NCBI GenBank assembly: GCA_039588295.1 | Contig: JBDHAB010000019.1 | Location: forward strand, 1 to 64,000 | Source of the DNA: Gemmatimonadota bacterium | Lineage (GTDB): Bacteria > Gemmatimonadota > Gemmatimonadetes > Gemmatimonadales > GWC2-71-9 | DNA length: 64,000 nucleotides | Reading direction: 5' to 3' | In this document: positions 49,298 to 58,385 of the stretch, in pieces | Layout: every line of letters begins with the position of its first letter | Position numbering within the stretch: position 1 is the stretch's first letter | Program-made: the position numbers and the translations under genes | The notes under the pieces: generated by a model | Seen by the model: only the letters and a program-made list of their open reading frames with translations | Told to the model about the DNA's origin: nothing | Database searches by the model: none

Positions 49298-49968
49298 GGC
49301 TCCCCGCCTTGATCGGTGAGAACCGAGTTGGCTACAAACCCCACCCGCTCACCGTCCACGAACACCGACCACCACCCAAGCCGCAGCATCGCCACCTCGA
49401 CCCGCTCCCCGGGCTGGAGGACCCGTATTACAGCAGACGGCACGCGCGGTGCCCCACGGAGGTTCGCCCAGGTTGTGGCCCAGCGTGTCTGCGTGGGTGG
49501 CAGTTGGGGCGTTTGGGCGGCCGGCAGTTGGGCAGGGCGCAGTTCCGCCTCCATCAGTGGTGCGGACGGGAGTGACTCGACGGTCGGTTGCGGCAGCGGA
49601 CGTACGACGGATTCGGGAGTTGCGCTGGGCGGCGGTGAGGGCTCGCCCAACGAGGGCGCCGGAGGCGTCGTGGTGCCTCGCTGCGCGGTGAGCGCCCAGA
49701 GGCCCCACGCCGCGAGCACGAGCGCGCCGATTCCGGCGGCAGACCATATGGCGAGGCGCAGGCGTCGGCGGAACTGCCGCGGGTACCCGCAGAACTTGCA
49801 CTCCGCCGTCGATCGGGCCACGAGCTTCCCGCAACGGCGGCACTCGACAACCTGCCCGTCCTCGCTCTCTGACATCGGATTCTGCAGGAGGAGGTGCGAG
49901 CACTTGGGGCAGACGGAGGCCACGCTCAGCACCGTCTGCCCGCACTTCGGACACTTGATCAATGCCAT
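49294..49968 (-). CDS. Double zinc ribbon - TM - Pro-rich - bacterial SH3 protein
   Basis: Four CxxC pairs, TM, ANLRGAPRVPSAVIRVLQPGERV...GFVANSVL. Confidence 0.8.
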   Translation of the reverse strand: MALIKCPKCGQTVLSVASVCPKCSHLLLQNPMSESEDGQVVECRRCGKLVARSTAECKFCGYPRQFRRRLRLAIWSAAGIGALVLAAWGLWALTAQRGTTTPPAPSLGEPSPPPSATPESVVRPLPQPTVESLPSAPLMEAELRPAQLPAAQTPQLPPTQTRWATTWANLRGAPRVPSAVIRVLQPGERVEVAMLRLGWWSVFVDGERVGFVANSVLTDQGGEP

Positions 49969-50007
49969 GGGGGGCGTCTTGCGGTCTGCAGGCCCGAGGT
50001 CCGGTGC

Positions 50008-50244
50008 CTACACCTCGCGGCGCCAGTCGCGGCGGAAGACCTGCACGTGGCCACAGTGGTCACAAGCCTCGACGTGCCAGAGCACATCCGGCTCAGCGCT
50101 TGTGACGCCCAGTTTCGCCAGTCCGCCGGAACCCGAGTAGGCATCGGTCTCCAGGCGGGTTGCATAGACGCCTTGCAGACATACCCCGCAGGGTCGTTCC
50201 GGCAGGGATCGCCGCTCACGAGCTGGTGTCTGGGTTGCCGTCAT
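50008..50244 (-). CDS. Small zinc-ribbon protein
   Basis: CGVC...CDHCGH; GGAG RBS. Confidence 0.65.
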   Translation of the reverse strand: MTATQTPARERRSLPERPCGVCLQGVYATRLETDAYSGSGGLAKLGVTSAEPDVLWHVEACDHCGHVQVFRRDWRREV

Positions 50245-50406
50245 GGGTGTGCTTCTCCGTCTGGACGGGTGGAGGTTGCTACCGGAACCTTAACCCGTCG
50301 CGGGGTCCTGGGCAAAGTAATCTCGGGACCCCTTCATGCGACCTTCATGGAGGCTTCATGGCAGGTGATGAAGCTCGATGGGGTCCTACCCGCCGGAGGG
50401 AGCGGC

Positions 50407-51669
50407 ATGTCCGCGAATGAAGTCGAGCGATCGCTGACGCTGACGGCGAACCCCTGGCTCCGCACCGCCAGCTTCGTCACGGGCGCGGGCATGGTGGTCG
50501 CCTCGGTCGTGACCATGCAGCACTACTTCGCTGCCAACTTCCCATCATCCATCTTCGAGGGGTCGTTCTGCGATCTGAACGCCTTCTTCAACTGTGATAG
50601 CTCCGCCTACTCGGTGATCTCGGCCGTGGCCGGTGTCCCGCTGGGGTACTTCGGGTTGATGGTCGGGGGGCTCGTCATGCTCGGTGCCATGTTTCCATCT
50701 GCGGCATTCGAGCGCACCAACAAGACGATCGCTGTGGTGAACGGCATCGGCGTGGTGGCGCTCTTGGTCTATTCGGTCGCCGTGCTCAAGAGCCTCTGCC
50801 TTCTGTGCACCGGCTACTACGTGTTCGCGCTGCTGAGCCTTGCGCTCTTCTGGCGCTATGGCATTGATGGTGGCCGGCGTGGGCTTGCGCGACGGTTCCT
50901 GCGCCCGTCCACACCGCACCTCGTGGCGTTTGGCGTATGCCTCCTGGGCGGTGCATACGCGCTTGCGTTGTTCCACCGCGCCAAGGAACAGGCGCGATCG
51001 GGTGGGGTGGCTGCCAGGATCGTGGAGCAGTACATCAACCTGCCTCTGGTTCCCAACCCGAGCATCATCTCCCCGTTCATGACCGCCCGTGCTACGGAAC
51101 GGTTCGAGGACGCTCCAATTCGCCTCATCGAGTATGGTGACTTTCTTTGTTCGGACTGTCGCTACCTCAACGAACAGTTGGATCGCCTGAAAGAGGAGTT
51201 CCGGGGTCAGATCAACATCGCGTTTCAGTTCTTCCCGCTCGACGCCCAATGCAACCGCGTCGTGAACAAGGACAAGCATCCGGGCGCCTGCGACCTGTCG
51301 TACATGGCGGCATACGACCCCGCGAAGTTCGCCGCGATCCACGACGAGGTGTTCGCCAACATGACTGCCGCCAAGGATCCTGCCTGGCGCGCCGATCTGG
51401 CCCGCCGCTACGGGGTGGAGGCGGCCCTCGCGGACTCCGCTACCCAAGCGTTGGTGCTGCGCATGATCCAAACGGGGGCGGAGTACGAACAGACTTCGGA
51501 GCGGTACGCATACGGAATCAGATCAACGCCAACGTTGATCCTCAACAACCGCATGGTGATTGGCACGTTTCCCTACGAGCAGCTTCGCGCGATCTTCCAG
51601 GCACTCGTGAATGAGCACGAGCAGGGAGACGAAGGACGGTTTCTCGAGAACTGGGTGGACGACGGCTAG
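50407..51669 (+). CDS. VKOR - DsbA/thioredoxin fusion
   Basis: VKOR loop cysteines (FCDLNAFFNCD) and CLLC; thioredoxin-fold YGDFLCSDC and GIRSTPT. Confidence 0.9.
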   Translation: MSANEVERSLTLTANPWLRTASFVTGAGMVVASVVTMQHYFAANFPSSIFEGSFCDLNAFFNCDSSAYSVISAVAGVPLGYFGLMVGGLVMLGAMFPSAAFERTNKTIAVVNGIGVVALLVYSVAVLKSLCLLCTGYYVFALLSLALFWRYGIDGGRRGLARRFLRPSTPHLVAFGVCLLGGAYALALFHRAKEQARSGGVAARIVEQYINLPLVPNPSIISPFMTARATERFEDAPIRLIEYGDFLCSDCRYLNEQLDRLKEEFRGQINIAFQFFPLDAQCNRVVNKDKHPGACDLSYMAAYDPAKFAAIHDEVFANMTAAKDPAWRADLARRYGVEAALADSATQALVLRMIQTGAEYEQTSERYAYGIRSTPTLILNNRMVIGTFPYEQLRAIFQALVNEHEQGDEGRFLENWVDDG

Positions 51670-51735
51670 AACCGGGGTCCGTCGATCTCGGCTTCGAGGC
51701 CCTGCACGCTGGGATCCACCGATCCCGCCCGTTAC

Positions 51736-53133
51736 TCATCGCCACACCTGTCCGAGGAATGCCTGAACCTCCGGTACCCCACCCTGGAGGATGAGGTATC
51801 CGTCATGCGGTTCACGCTCGGTGGTCTCGCCGGCGAGCGTGGTCGTCATGAGCTCCTGCACGGCGCGCGGATCGCCGGGGTGCACGCCGAGTGCCCAGCA
51901 GAGTTTGACGAACGCGACCTCGGGCAGCATGTTGGCGAGCGGAACGACCCCGAGCTCTAGGATCTCCCGCCCCGTCTCGTACACGTGCATTTGCACGAAG
52001 CCCCAGAGGGTCTGCAGCGTCATGTACATGTGCACGCCGGCGTCACGTGCCCGCTCGAGTGCCGGGTAGATCTTGCGGTTCACGTGTCCGAGTCCGGTGC
52101 CGGCGATCACGATTCCCTGGTAGCCACGGTCGACGAACGCGTCAATGATGTCCCCGTGCATTCCAGGGTAGTAGTACATGAGCGTCACACGCTCGTTGTA
52201 CTTCGCGAAGATTGTGACGTCTCGATCCTCGCGTCGCGGAAGGAAGTCGTCCTTGAACGGTGTGATCGTGTCGCGATCGACCATTGCGAGGGGGATGTCA
52301 CCCAACGTACGGAACGTGCTTCGGTAGGAGCTGTGCATCTTGCGGACACGGGTGCCGCGGTGCAGCAGGTTGTAGCGATCGGACGTCGGGCCGAACATGC
52401 AGACCATGACCTCGGCAATCGGCCCGTGCGCTGCCGTCCATGTGGCGTTGATGAGGTTCTGCGCCGCGTCGGATGACGGTCGATCGGAGGATCGTTGGCT
52501 CCCCACCAGGACGACCGGCACCGGTGGCCGCTGAACCATGAAGCTCAGTGCGGCTGCTGTGTGATGCATGGTATCGGTGCCATGGCCGATCACGACTCCG
52601 TCGTATCCGTCGGCAATCGCATCACCGATCTTCTCCGCCAACACCAAATACTGCTCCGGGCCCATGTTCTCCGAGAAGACACCGAACAACTTCTCGGTCT
52701 CGAGATTGCAGATGTCGGCCAACTCCGGCACCGACCCGTAGAGCTCTCCGGGGCTGAAGGCGGGGATCACCGCACCGGTGCGATAGTCGAGCCGTGACGC
52801 GATCGTGCCCCCGGTCCCAAATAGCTTCACGCGGGGATTGGCAGGGTCGACCGGAAACGCCTTCTCTGGAATCCTGTAATGCGCCTCCCGATACCCGACC
52901 TTCTCGATCTCGAGCACTGTGTCGTGACGGATACCGACGTTGTACCCGCTCCCCAGCTTGAGCACCAAGTGTAGGTCATCGCTCGTTTCCGAGCGTGGCA
53001 GCAACAGCCCCTCGAAGTCACCGCGGGTCGTTCGTGCCACGACCTCGCACCACACGGTGATTCCGGAGCGTGCCATCAGGTCGCGCGTCGGGCCGCGATA
53101 GCCGCGGTAGGGATCGCTCTGCTGGTCGCTCAT
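51736..53133 (-). CDS. gatD: Glu-tRNA(Gln) amidotransferase subunit D
   Basis: GatD N-domain (LVLKLGSGYNVGI), GTGGTIASRLDYRTGAV, HGTDTM, GSQRSSDRPSSDA, RKMHS; ATGA-coupled to gatE. Confidence 0.92.
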   Translation of the reverse strand: MSDQQSDPYRGYRGPTRDLMARSGITVWCEVVARTTRGDFEGLLLPRSETSDDLHLVLKLGSGYNVGIRHDTVLEIEKVGYREAHYRIPEKAFPVDPANPRVKLFGTGGTIASRLDYRTGAVIPAFSPGELYGSVPELADICNLETEKLFGVFSENMGPEQYLVLAEKIGDAIADGYDGVVIGHGTDTMHHTAAALSFMVQRPPVPVVLVGSQRSSDRPSSDAAQNLINATWTAAHGPIAEVMVCMFGPTSDRYNLLHRGTRVRKMHSSYRSTFRTLGDIPLAMVDRDTITPFKDDFLPRREDRDVTIFAKYNERVTLMYYYPGMHGDIIDAFVDRGYQGIVIAGTGLGHVNRKIYPALERARDAGVHMYMTLQTLWGFVQMHVYETGREILELGVVPLANMLPEVAFVKLCWALGVHPGDPRAVQELMTTTLAGETTEREPHDGYLILQGGVPEVQAFLGQVWR

Positions 53134-55202
53134 GACGCATGCTCGGGGGCGGGTTCTCGCAACGCGGCAGCCAGACGCTGCCGAATTGCCTGAGGGTCGA
53201 CTCGGCCAAGAAACGCTGGTACGACTTGGCCCATGGCCCACCGCAGCCTCGCGTCGAGAGAGCGTCCGTTGAGCTCGAGCGCCGTTGCCGCAACCTGGGC
53301 AATCCGCTGGTCGAGTCGCGCACCGTCTTGAGGTGCGGGCTGATAGCCCACGACGATTTCGTCGGCGCCGACGTCGGGCTGCCTAGTGAGGTCGTCGAGC
53401 ACCCGCGCCGCTGCCTCGGGGCGGAGCGCGCCGGCTTCCAGCGCGCGGGCAAGGGGACGAAGTCGCGCCGCGTCGGGCAGGGAGGCTGCGCCGCGGCGGG
53501 AGTGGTAGGGCCACCGCTTCTCGAGCGCAGTGGCGAGTCGCCGTGCGGCACTGCGTGACGCCGGCCGTACCTCGTCGTACACATCCGCCCACGGTGCGCT
53601 GGCAAGCCGGCGTGCGCCCCGTGCGTCGAGCCCAAGGTCACGGTACCGTGCCTCCCGTTCCCACGGTCGCTCCGGCAAACGCTCGCGAATCTCCGTCACG
53701 GCGGCGTCGGTGATCGGTAGGGGCGGCGTATCCGTGTCCGGGTACATTCGGTCCGGACCCGGCAGGATCCGCTCGAATCCCGTCGTGCTGTCCGCGTGGG
53801 CCTGGCGCGTTTCGGCAGGCACGCCCACCAACGCTTCGCCGGCGCGCAGCAGCACCTCGCGGGCGGCGGTGGCTGCGTCCGCGTCATCGCCCCACACCAG
53901 TACGAGCGCATCACCGGACTCGGCCCCGACTTCCCGACCGAGGCGCTGCCACACGAGCGGGTCCAGGCCGCCGCGGTCATTCCCGGAATGGGCCAAGAAC
54001 GGGCGGTGTACCGGGCAGGCAATCACGCGCACGCGTTCTGCCAGCTCGTTGGCGAAGGTGGCCCCGGGTTGGGTCGGGTGGTCGAGGAGCTGGTTGAATC
54101 CCGGGAGCCGCACGACACAGATGCGATGTCCGCGGCCGAGCGCCTCGAGGATAGGCCGAGCCGTACACGCACGGAGCAATGAGGCGGCGTCCCCAACCAA
54201 GTGCGACACCTCCCAGGGCCTTCCGGTGGATGGAAGCGCCAGCATCGTCGGTTCGACACCACGCCGGTCGAGCGCGTGCTTGATCCGGAGCAAGTTGAGT
54301 TGGCGAAACGCCTCGACGTGGACCAAACGTGGCAGCCCGCGATGGTGATGTACACCTTTGATCTCGACCCGCCGGCCACCGGCGATCGAGACGTTCACGT
54401 CCTGGCGGGCTGCGCCAGGCCCCCGTCGCACTTTGCCCGTGGCCTGCGCCACTCGTGCCAGGAGCCGTGCACCGGCCTGCAGCTCGAGCGGGGTCAGGAA
54501 CTCTGGTTCCGTGACTGTCTCGGTGAGCGGCATGCCGAGGCGATCGGTGCGGAAGGTGATGCGATGACCGATGTCGGAGACTTCGCGACAGGAGTCCTCC
54601 TCGAGCGACAGCTGCCTGATGCTGAGGTCCCGATCCACACCGAGCTCCGGGGCTCGGAACGGAATCCGCCCGGTCAGACCCACCATGGCCGTTCGCTGGA
54701 AGCCGGTCGGGATCGACCCGTCGAGATACTGCTTGCGCATCACGTGGAGTTCCGAAACCAAGTTGAGATTGAGGAGCTGGGCGACCTCGAGGGCGATACG
54801 CACCGCCTCCCCGTCGATCTCAAACGGCGGGGTATCGTCCATTTCGTAGGTGCAGACCGATCCGCGCTCGAGGAGGTAGACAATCTCCTTGCGTGTCTTG
54901 AACTCCATCAGCGCCGTCCCGTCGTACTCCCCCAACTCGCTCAACGTCGGTCGCATGTGTCGCAGCACTTCACCGTCAACACGCGTGACCCGATGACCGG
55001 GTGGACAGCGGCAGAACAGCTTCGATTTGGTGTGGAGCTGTTGATGCACCTCGAGGCCACCCATGAAGCCCAGCACCTGGTAGTCCTCGTGGCGCAGTTC
55101 CCCGTATGCCCGATCGGGAAAGTCGAGCACGGGATCATGCCGCGGATTGACGTCCCCGGGGGGGCGGACGCCGTGGTTGGGTGCCCCGTTAGGAGGCGTC
55201 AA
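53130..55202 (-). CDS. gatE: Glu-tRNA(Gln) amidotransferase subunit E
   Basis: GLEVHQQL..KLFCRC, MRKQYLDGSIPTGFQRT, LEEDSCR, GKVRRGPGAARQDVNVSI, VEIKGV, long insertion, PGPDRMYPDTD, YqeY-like tail. Confidence 0.92.
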   Translation of the reverse strand: MTPPNGAPNHGVRPPGDVNPRHDPVLDFPDRAYGELRHEDYQVLGFMGGLEVHQQLHTKSKLFCRCPPGHRVTRVDGEVLRHMRPTLSELGEYDGTALMEFKTRKEIVYLLERGSVCTYEMDDTPPFEIDGEAVRIALEVAQLLNLNLVSELHVMRKQYLDGSIPTGFQRTAMVGLTGRIPFRAPELGVDRDLSIRQLSLEEDSCREVSDIGHRITFRTDRLGMPLTETVTEPEFLTPLELQAGARLLARVAQATGKVRRGPGAARQDVNVSIAGGRRVEIKGVHHHRGLPRLVHVEAFRQLNLLRIKHALDRRGVEPTMLALPSTGRPWEVSHLVGDAASLLRACTARPILEALGRGHRICVVRLPGFNQLLDHPTQPGATFANELAERVRVIACPVHRPFLAHSGNDRGGLDPLVWQRLGREVGAESGDALVLVWGDDADAATAAREVLLRAGEALVGVPAETRQAHADSTTGFERILPGPDRMYPDTDTPPLPITDAAVTEIRERLPERPWEREARYRDLGLDARGARRLASAPWADVYDEVRPASRSAARRLATALEKRWPYHSRRGAASLPDAARLRPLARALEAGALRPEAAARVLDDLTRQPDVGADEIVVGYQPAPQDGARLDQRIAQVAATALELNGRSLDARLRWAMGQVVPAFLGRVDPQAIRQRLAAALREPAPEHAS

Positions 55203-55475
55203 TGGTCTCGTCCATTCGTACGACCATGCGCGCTGCGCCCGTGAGGCGATCCGACCGAGGTTCCGTACGGCACGCCTGAAGATACACGGGGAAGGGAGCG
55301 ACGGTATCGGTACTTGCTCTGTGTCGGTGCGTCGGTTTGTGGCTCAGCGCACAGCGCTCGGTGGTGCGGAGTGGCGCTATTGTGTCCCGGAGTGAGCGAT
55401 GCGACCCCAGCGGCAGGGGTGCGGAACTCCACGGTTGCGAATAGCTTTGTGTTCTCCGACGAAGGACCCACGAGG

Positions 55476-56159
55476 ATGGCCAAAGGCAAACCACCCCAGA
55501 ACCGACATGATGATTTGATGGCGGCGGAGGTCGACAAGCTTCTGAAGAAGCTGCCTCATGCCGACCCCTCCCTGTCGGGGGAGCGCGTGGCGCAGCCCGA
55601 GCCAGGCGCTGCGCCAGGTAGGCCTCCGGTGTCTGGTCACCGCCGTGAGATCCAGGGAGGTGCGCCGAGGGTACCGCGGCCGCGCACACCTGAAGAGGAA
55701 CGCCGAGCGAATCTCGGTGTCTGGGGCCTCGTGGCGCTCGGGGTCGTGCTGGGGGTAGCGTTGACCCAGTGGCCGTACAACGCGGCGTGCGGTCTTGCGT
55801 TGCTGTGGTATGTGGGGGCCGTCGCCACCATGCTCGTCGTCGGTGGGTGGTGCGCTTTGTCATCGTGGGACCAGCGGCTTGGGGTCGCGCACGTTCTGTC
55901 CCTCATACTCGTGTTCTGGGGAATCGTGCTGTCCGCTGAGGTGATTCTCCCTCGCATCGGGTATTCCGTCGACAAAGCGACCTGGCGTTGTCGGGTGGCT
56001 GAGCCCGCACGTCCGTCAGCGACACCGGTCCCGGTCGTTCCGCCGTTGCCCGCTCCCGCGCCGGCCGATCTGGAGGTCGATTCGACCGTCTCGACCGAAC
56101 AGCCATCGCAGCCGGGCACCGACTCCATCGTAGCTGAGCCGGGCGATTCGATAGGATAG
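55476..56159 (+). CDS. Hypothetical membrane protein (3 TM)
   Basis: GAGG RBS; EVDKLLKKLP, WPYNAACG, ILPRIGY. Confidence 0.75.
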   Translation: MAKGKPPQNRHDDLMAAEVDKLLKKLPHADPSLSGERVAQPEPGAAPGRPPVSGHRREIQGGAPRVPRPRTPEEERRANLGVWGLVALGVVLGVALTQWPYNAACGLALLWYVGAVATMLVVGGWCALSSWDQRLGVAHVLSLILVFWGIVLSAEVILPRIGYSVDKATWRCRVAEPARPSATPVPVVPPLPAPAPADLEVDSTVSTEQPSQPGTDSIVAEPGDSIG

Positions 56160-56210
56160 ACCGAAGACGCGACGCACAGGGCCCCGGCGCCGGGTGTCGC
56201 GCCTGACGGG

Positions 56211-57986
56211 CTAGTGCTCCCGGACCTTCTGAATGAGCGCCAGGGGGTGGATGGGTTTGCGGAGGATGGATTGGATCCGCAGATCCGCCACTTCCTCGGC
56301 GACGCTCACGGGCTCGCCGCTCGTCACCAACACGATACCGGTGTCCGAAGCGTATTGCCGTACTTGCTCCATCGTGCTCCGCAGCGTGTCTCCAAGTTGA
56401 TCGGCGTCGAACACCGCCGCCGCGATGGTGTTGCCGTGCACCCGGAGGAGGTCGACGGCGGCCTGAACGGTATCTGCGGACAAGACCTTGAGCCCGGCCG
56501 CCGCAAGCCCGCCGCGCGTTTCCGCCAGATCGGATCCTCCGTCGGCCAACACCACGGTGCCCTCCAGCTGGACCTCGGGTTCACCTGCCACCGATTCCCG
56601 CTCGTTGGGCAAGTTCAAGGGGCGGACAATGCACTGGTAGCCACGGATCGACCCGTCGGTACTTGCGCGGCGAGTCGCTGAGAGCAGCGCCTGAAACGTC
56701 GCTCCACTTTGGGTGGTGAGTTCGACTTCGAGATCGCCGACGGCGCCGATCGTGTTCATCTGAACCTGGAATCGGCGAATATCGACTTGCCGCGCGAACA
56801 GCCTCCGTGCGTCGAGGCCGACGAGTTCGTCCCGTTTGTATCCGAAGAGCTCGACAGCCGCGGCGTTGACCGCCTCGATCTCACCGTCACGAGCCGTGAG
56901 GTAGATCGCGTCCCAGCACTGTTCGAACAGACTCTGGTATTGTTCCTCGCTCTGGTGTACGGATTCCTCGAAGGCTCGGCGTGCCTTGACGTCGCGCGCC
57001 ACGGCGAGGACGAACTCCTCGGAACCGATCCTGTGGTGCGCGACGGCGATCTCCACCGGAAAGCTGCTTCCGTCCCGCCGTCGATGCTCGCCTTGCAGCA
57101 TGAGCGGCCGCCGGGTGTCACGCGTGTCGGTGAACTCCAGCTCGGCCTCCACCGGGGGCTGCACGGGAAACTCGAGTTGGAGCTCGTGGAGACGGTGTCC
57201 GATCACCTCTTCCCGGGCGCGGCCGAGCCAGCGGGCCGCCGTTTCGTTGACATCGATGACTTCTTCGGTGCGGGGATCTGTAACGAAGATTGCGTCGCCC
57301 GCATGATCCATCAGGGTGCGAAACCGTCGCCACAGCTTCTCGCGTTCCGCGCGGCTGCGCGTTTCCTCCTGAATGGTCGCGTTTGCCCGATCGAGGTCGG
57401 CGGTGCGCTCCTCGAGCGAGCGCTGCAGGTCGCGACAAGCTCCCTCGAGCCGCTGGACGGCGCGCACATACTGTGTGATGTCGTGCGCGACCAGGGTCGC
57501 GGACACCACCCGGCCGTCGCGGATGTTCGGCGTGATGCGGCAGTCGTACCACGCGTCGGGATCGTGATTCTGTAGACCGGCCAGCTCGTGGTGCTGCGAT
57601 AGGCCGGTCTCGAACGCCTGTGCTAGCGATTCAGCCACGCCTTCGTGCTGATTCGGTGGAATCCAGTCGAAGATGCTTGACCCAATGAGCTCGTCTTCAG
57701 ACCGATCGCCGAGCGCGCAATTGGCGAATAGGATCTCGCCGGTCTGCCGCACGATGAACACTGGATCGCGCGCGTCCGCCCGCGTGGCCGACGCCTCGAG
57801 CGGCGGGGGTGCGGGGCTGAACGCACTGTCCCGGATGCCACCGATCCGAGCGGGGGGCTTCAGCGATTCATCGCTCCCGCTTGGTTCGGAGCTCGTCTTT
57901 GTCTGACCCAGCAATGGGTAGCGTTCAGTCATCAGTCTCACCGAAAAGGGCCGGCTCGCCCGCGACTCGCTGTCGCGCTCCGTCAT
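56211..57986 (-). CDS. PAS-PAS-PAS plus receiver-like protein without a histidine kinase core
   Basis: Three PAS/PAC units (e.g. HRRRDGSSFPVEI, VNAAAVELFGYKRDELVG) and a C-terminal REC (VFDAD, LVTS, RKP). Confidence 0.8.
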   Translation of the reverse strand: MTERDSESRASRPFSVRLMTERYPLLGQTKTSSEPSGSDESLKPPARIGGIRDSAFSPAPPPLEASATRADARDPVFIVRQTGEILFANCALGDRSEDELIGSSIFDWIPPNQHEGVAESLAQAFETGLSQHHELAGLQNHDPDAWYDCRITPNIRDGRVVSATLVAHDITQYVRAVQRLEGACRDLQRSLEERTADLDRANATIQEETRSRAEREKLWRRFRTLMDHAGDAIFVTDPRTEEVIDVNETAARWLGRAREEVIGHRLHELQLEFPVQPPVEAELEFTDTRDTRRPLMLQGEHRRRDGSSFPVEIAVAHHRIGSEEFVLAVARDVKARRAFEESVHQSEEQYQSLFEQCWDAIYLTARDGEIEAVNAAAVELFGYKRDELVGLDARRLFARQVDIRRFQVQMNTIGAVGDLEVELTTQSGATFQALLSATRRASTDGSIRGYQCIVRPLNLPNERESVAGEPEVQLEGTVVLADGGSDLAETRGGLAAAGLKVLSADTVQAAVDLLRVHGNTIAAAVFDADQLGDTLRSTMEQVRQYASDTGIVLVTSGEPVSVAEEVADLRIQSILRKPIHPLALIQKVREH

Positions 57987-58385
57987 CGCAGCGGACCCGC
58001 CGGACGGGGCTCCGCCCCGCAGGGGGGCCGCTCACGGGGATGGAGAGGAGGGTTACACGACCCTCGGCCTATACTGCGCCAGCCTCCCCAGGTTCGCCAG
58101 CTGCTGTGGTAATGTTGCAGCAAAATCTTTGCCGCCTGTAGGACCCGGGTCACGTTCCGCGCGAGGCGTTTCCGGGAGCTGTTCACATAACTCATTGTCT
58201 CAAAAGGGTTTATGGGAACGGCTCGTGCTGATCGGCGGCTCCGGGGTTGCGGGGATGCCGGAACATCGTATGCTGAATATTCGCAAGACCGAGCGAAGCG
58301 AAGTGCCACACCATGTGGCGGAGAACGTGAGAGCCCGAGGCGTTCCCTCGGGCTCTGTCGCTTGACAGGCACCCCGCTGGAGCGC

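Noticed and set aside
51736..55202. Ordinary gatB plus L-asparaginase
   Set aside because: The GatD-specific N-domain and SRLDYRTG/QRSSDRPSSD motifs, and the GatE-specific GFQRT/RQDVNVSI motifs with a long insertion, argue against it; no gatA or gatC is adjacent.
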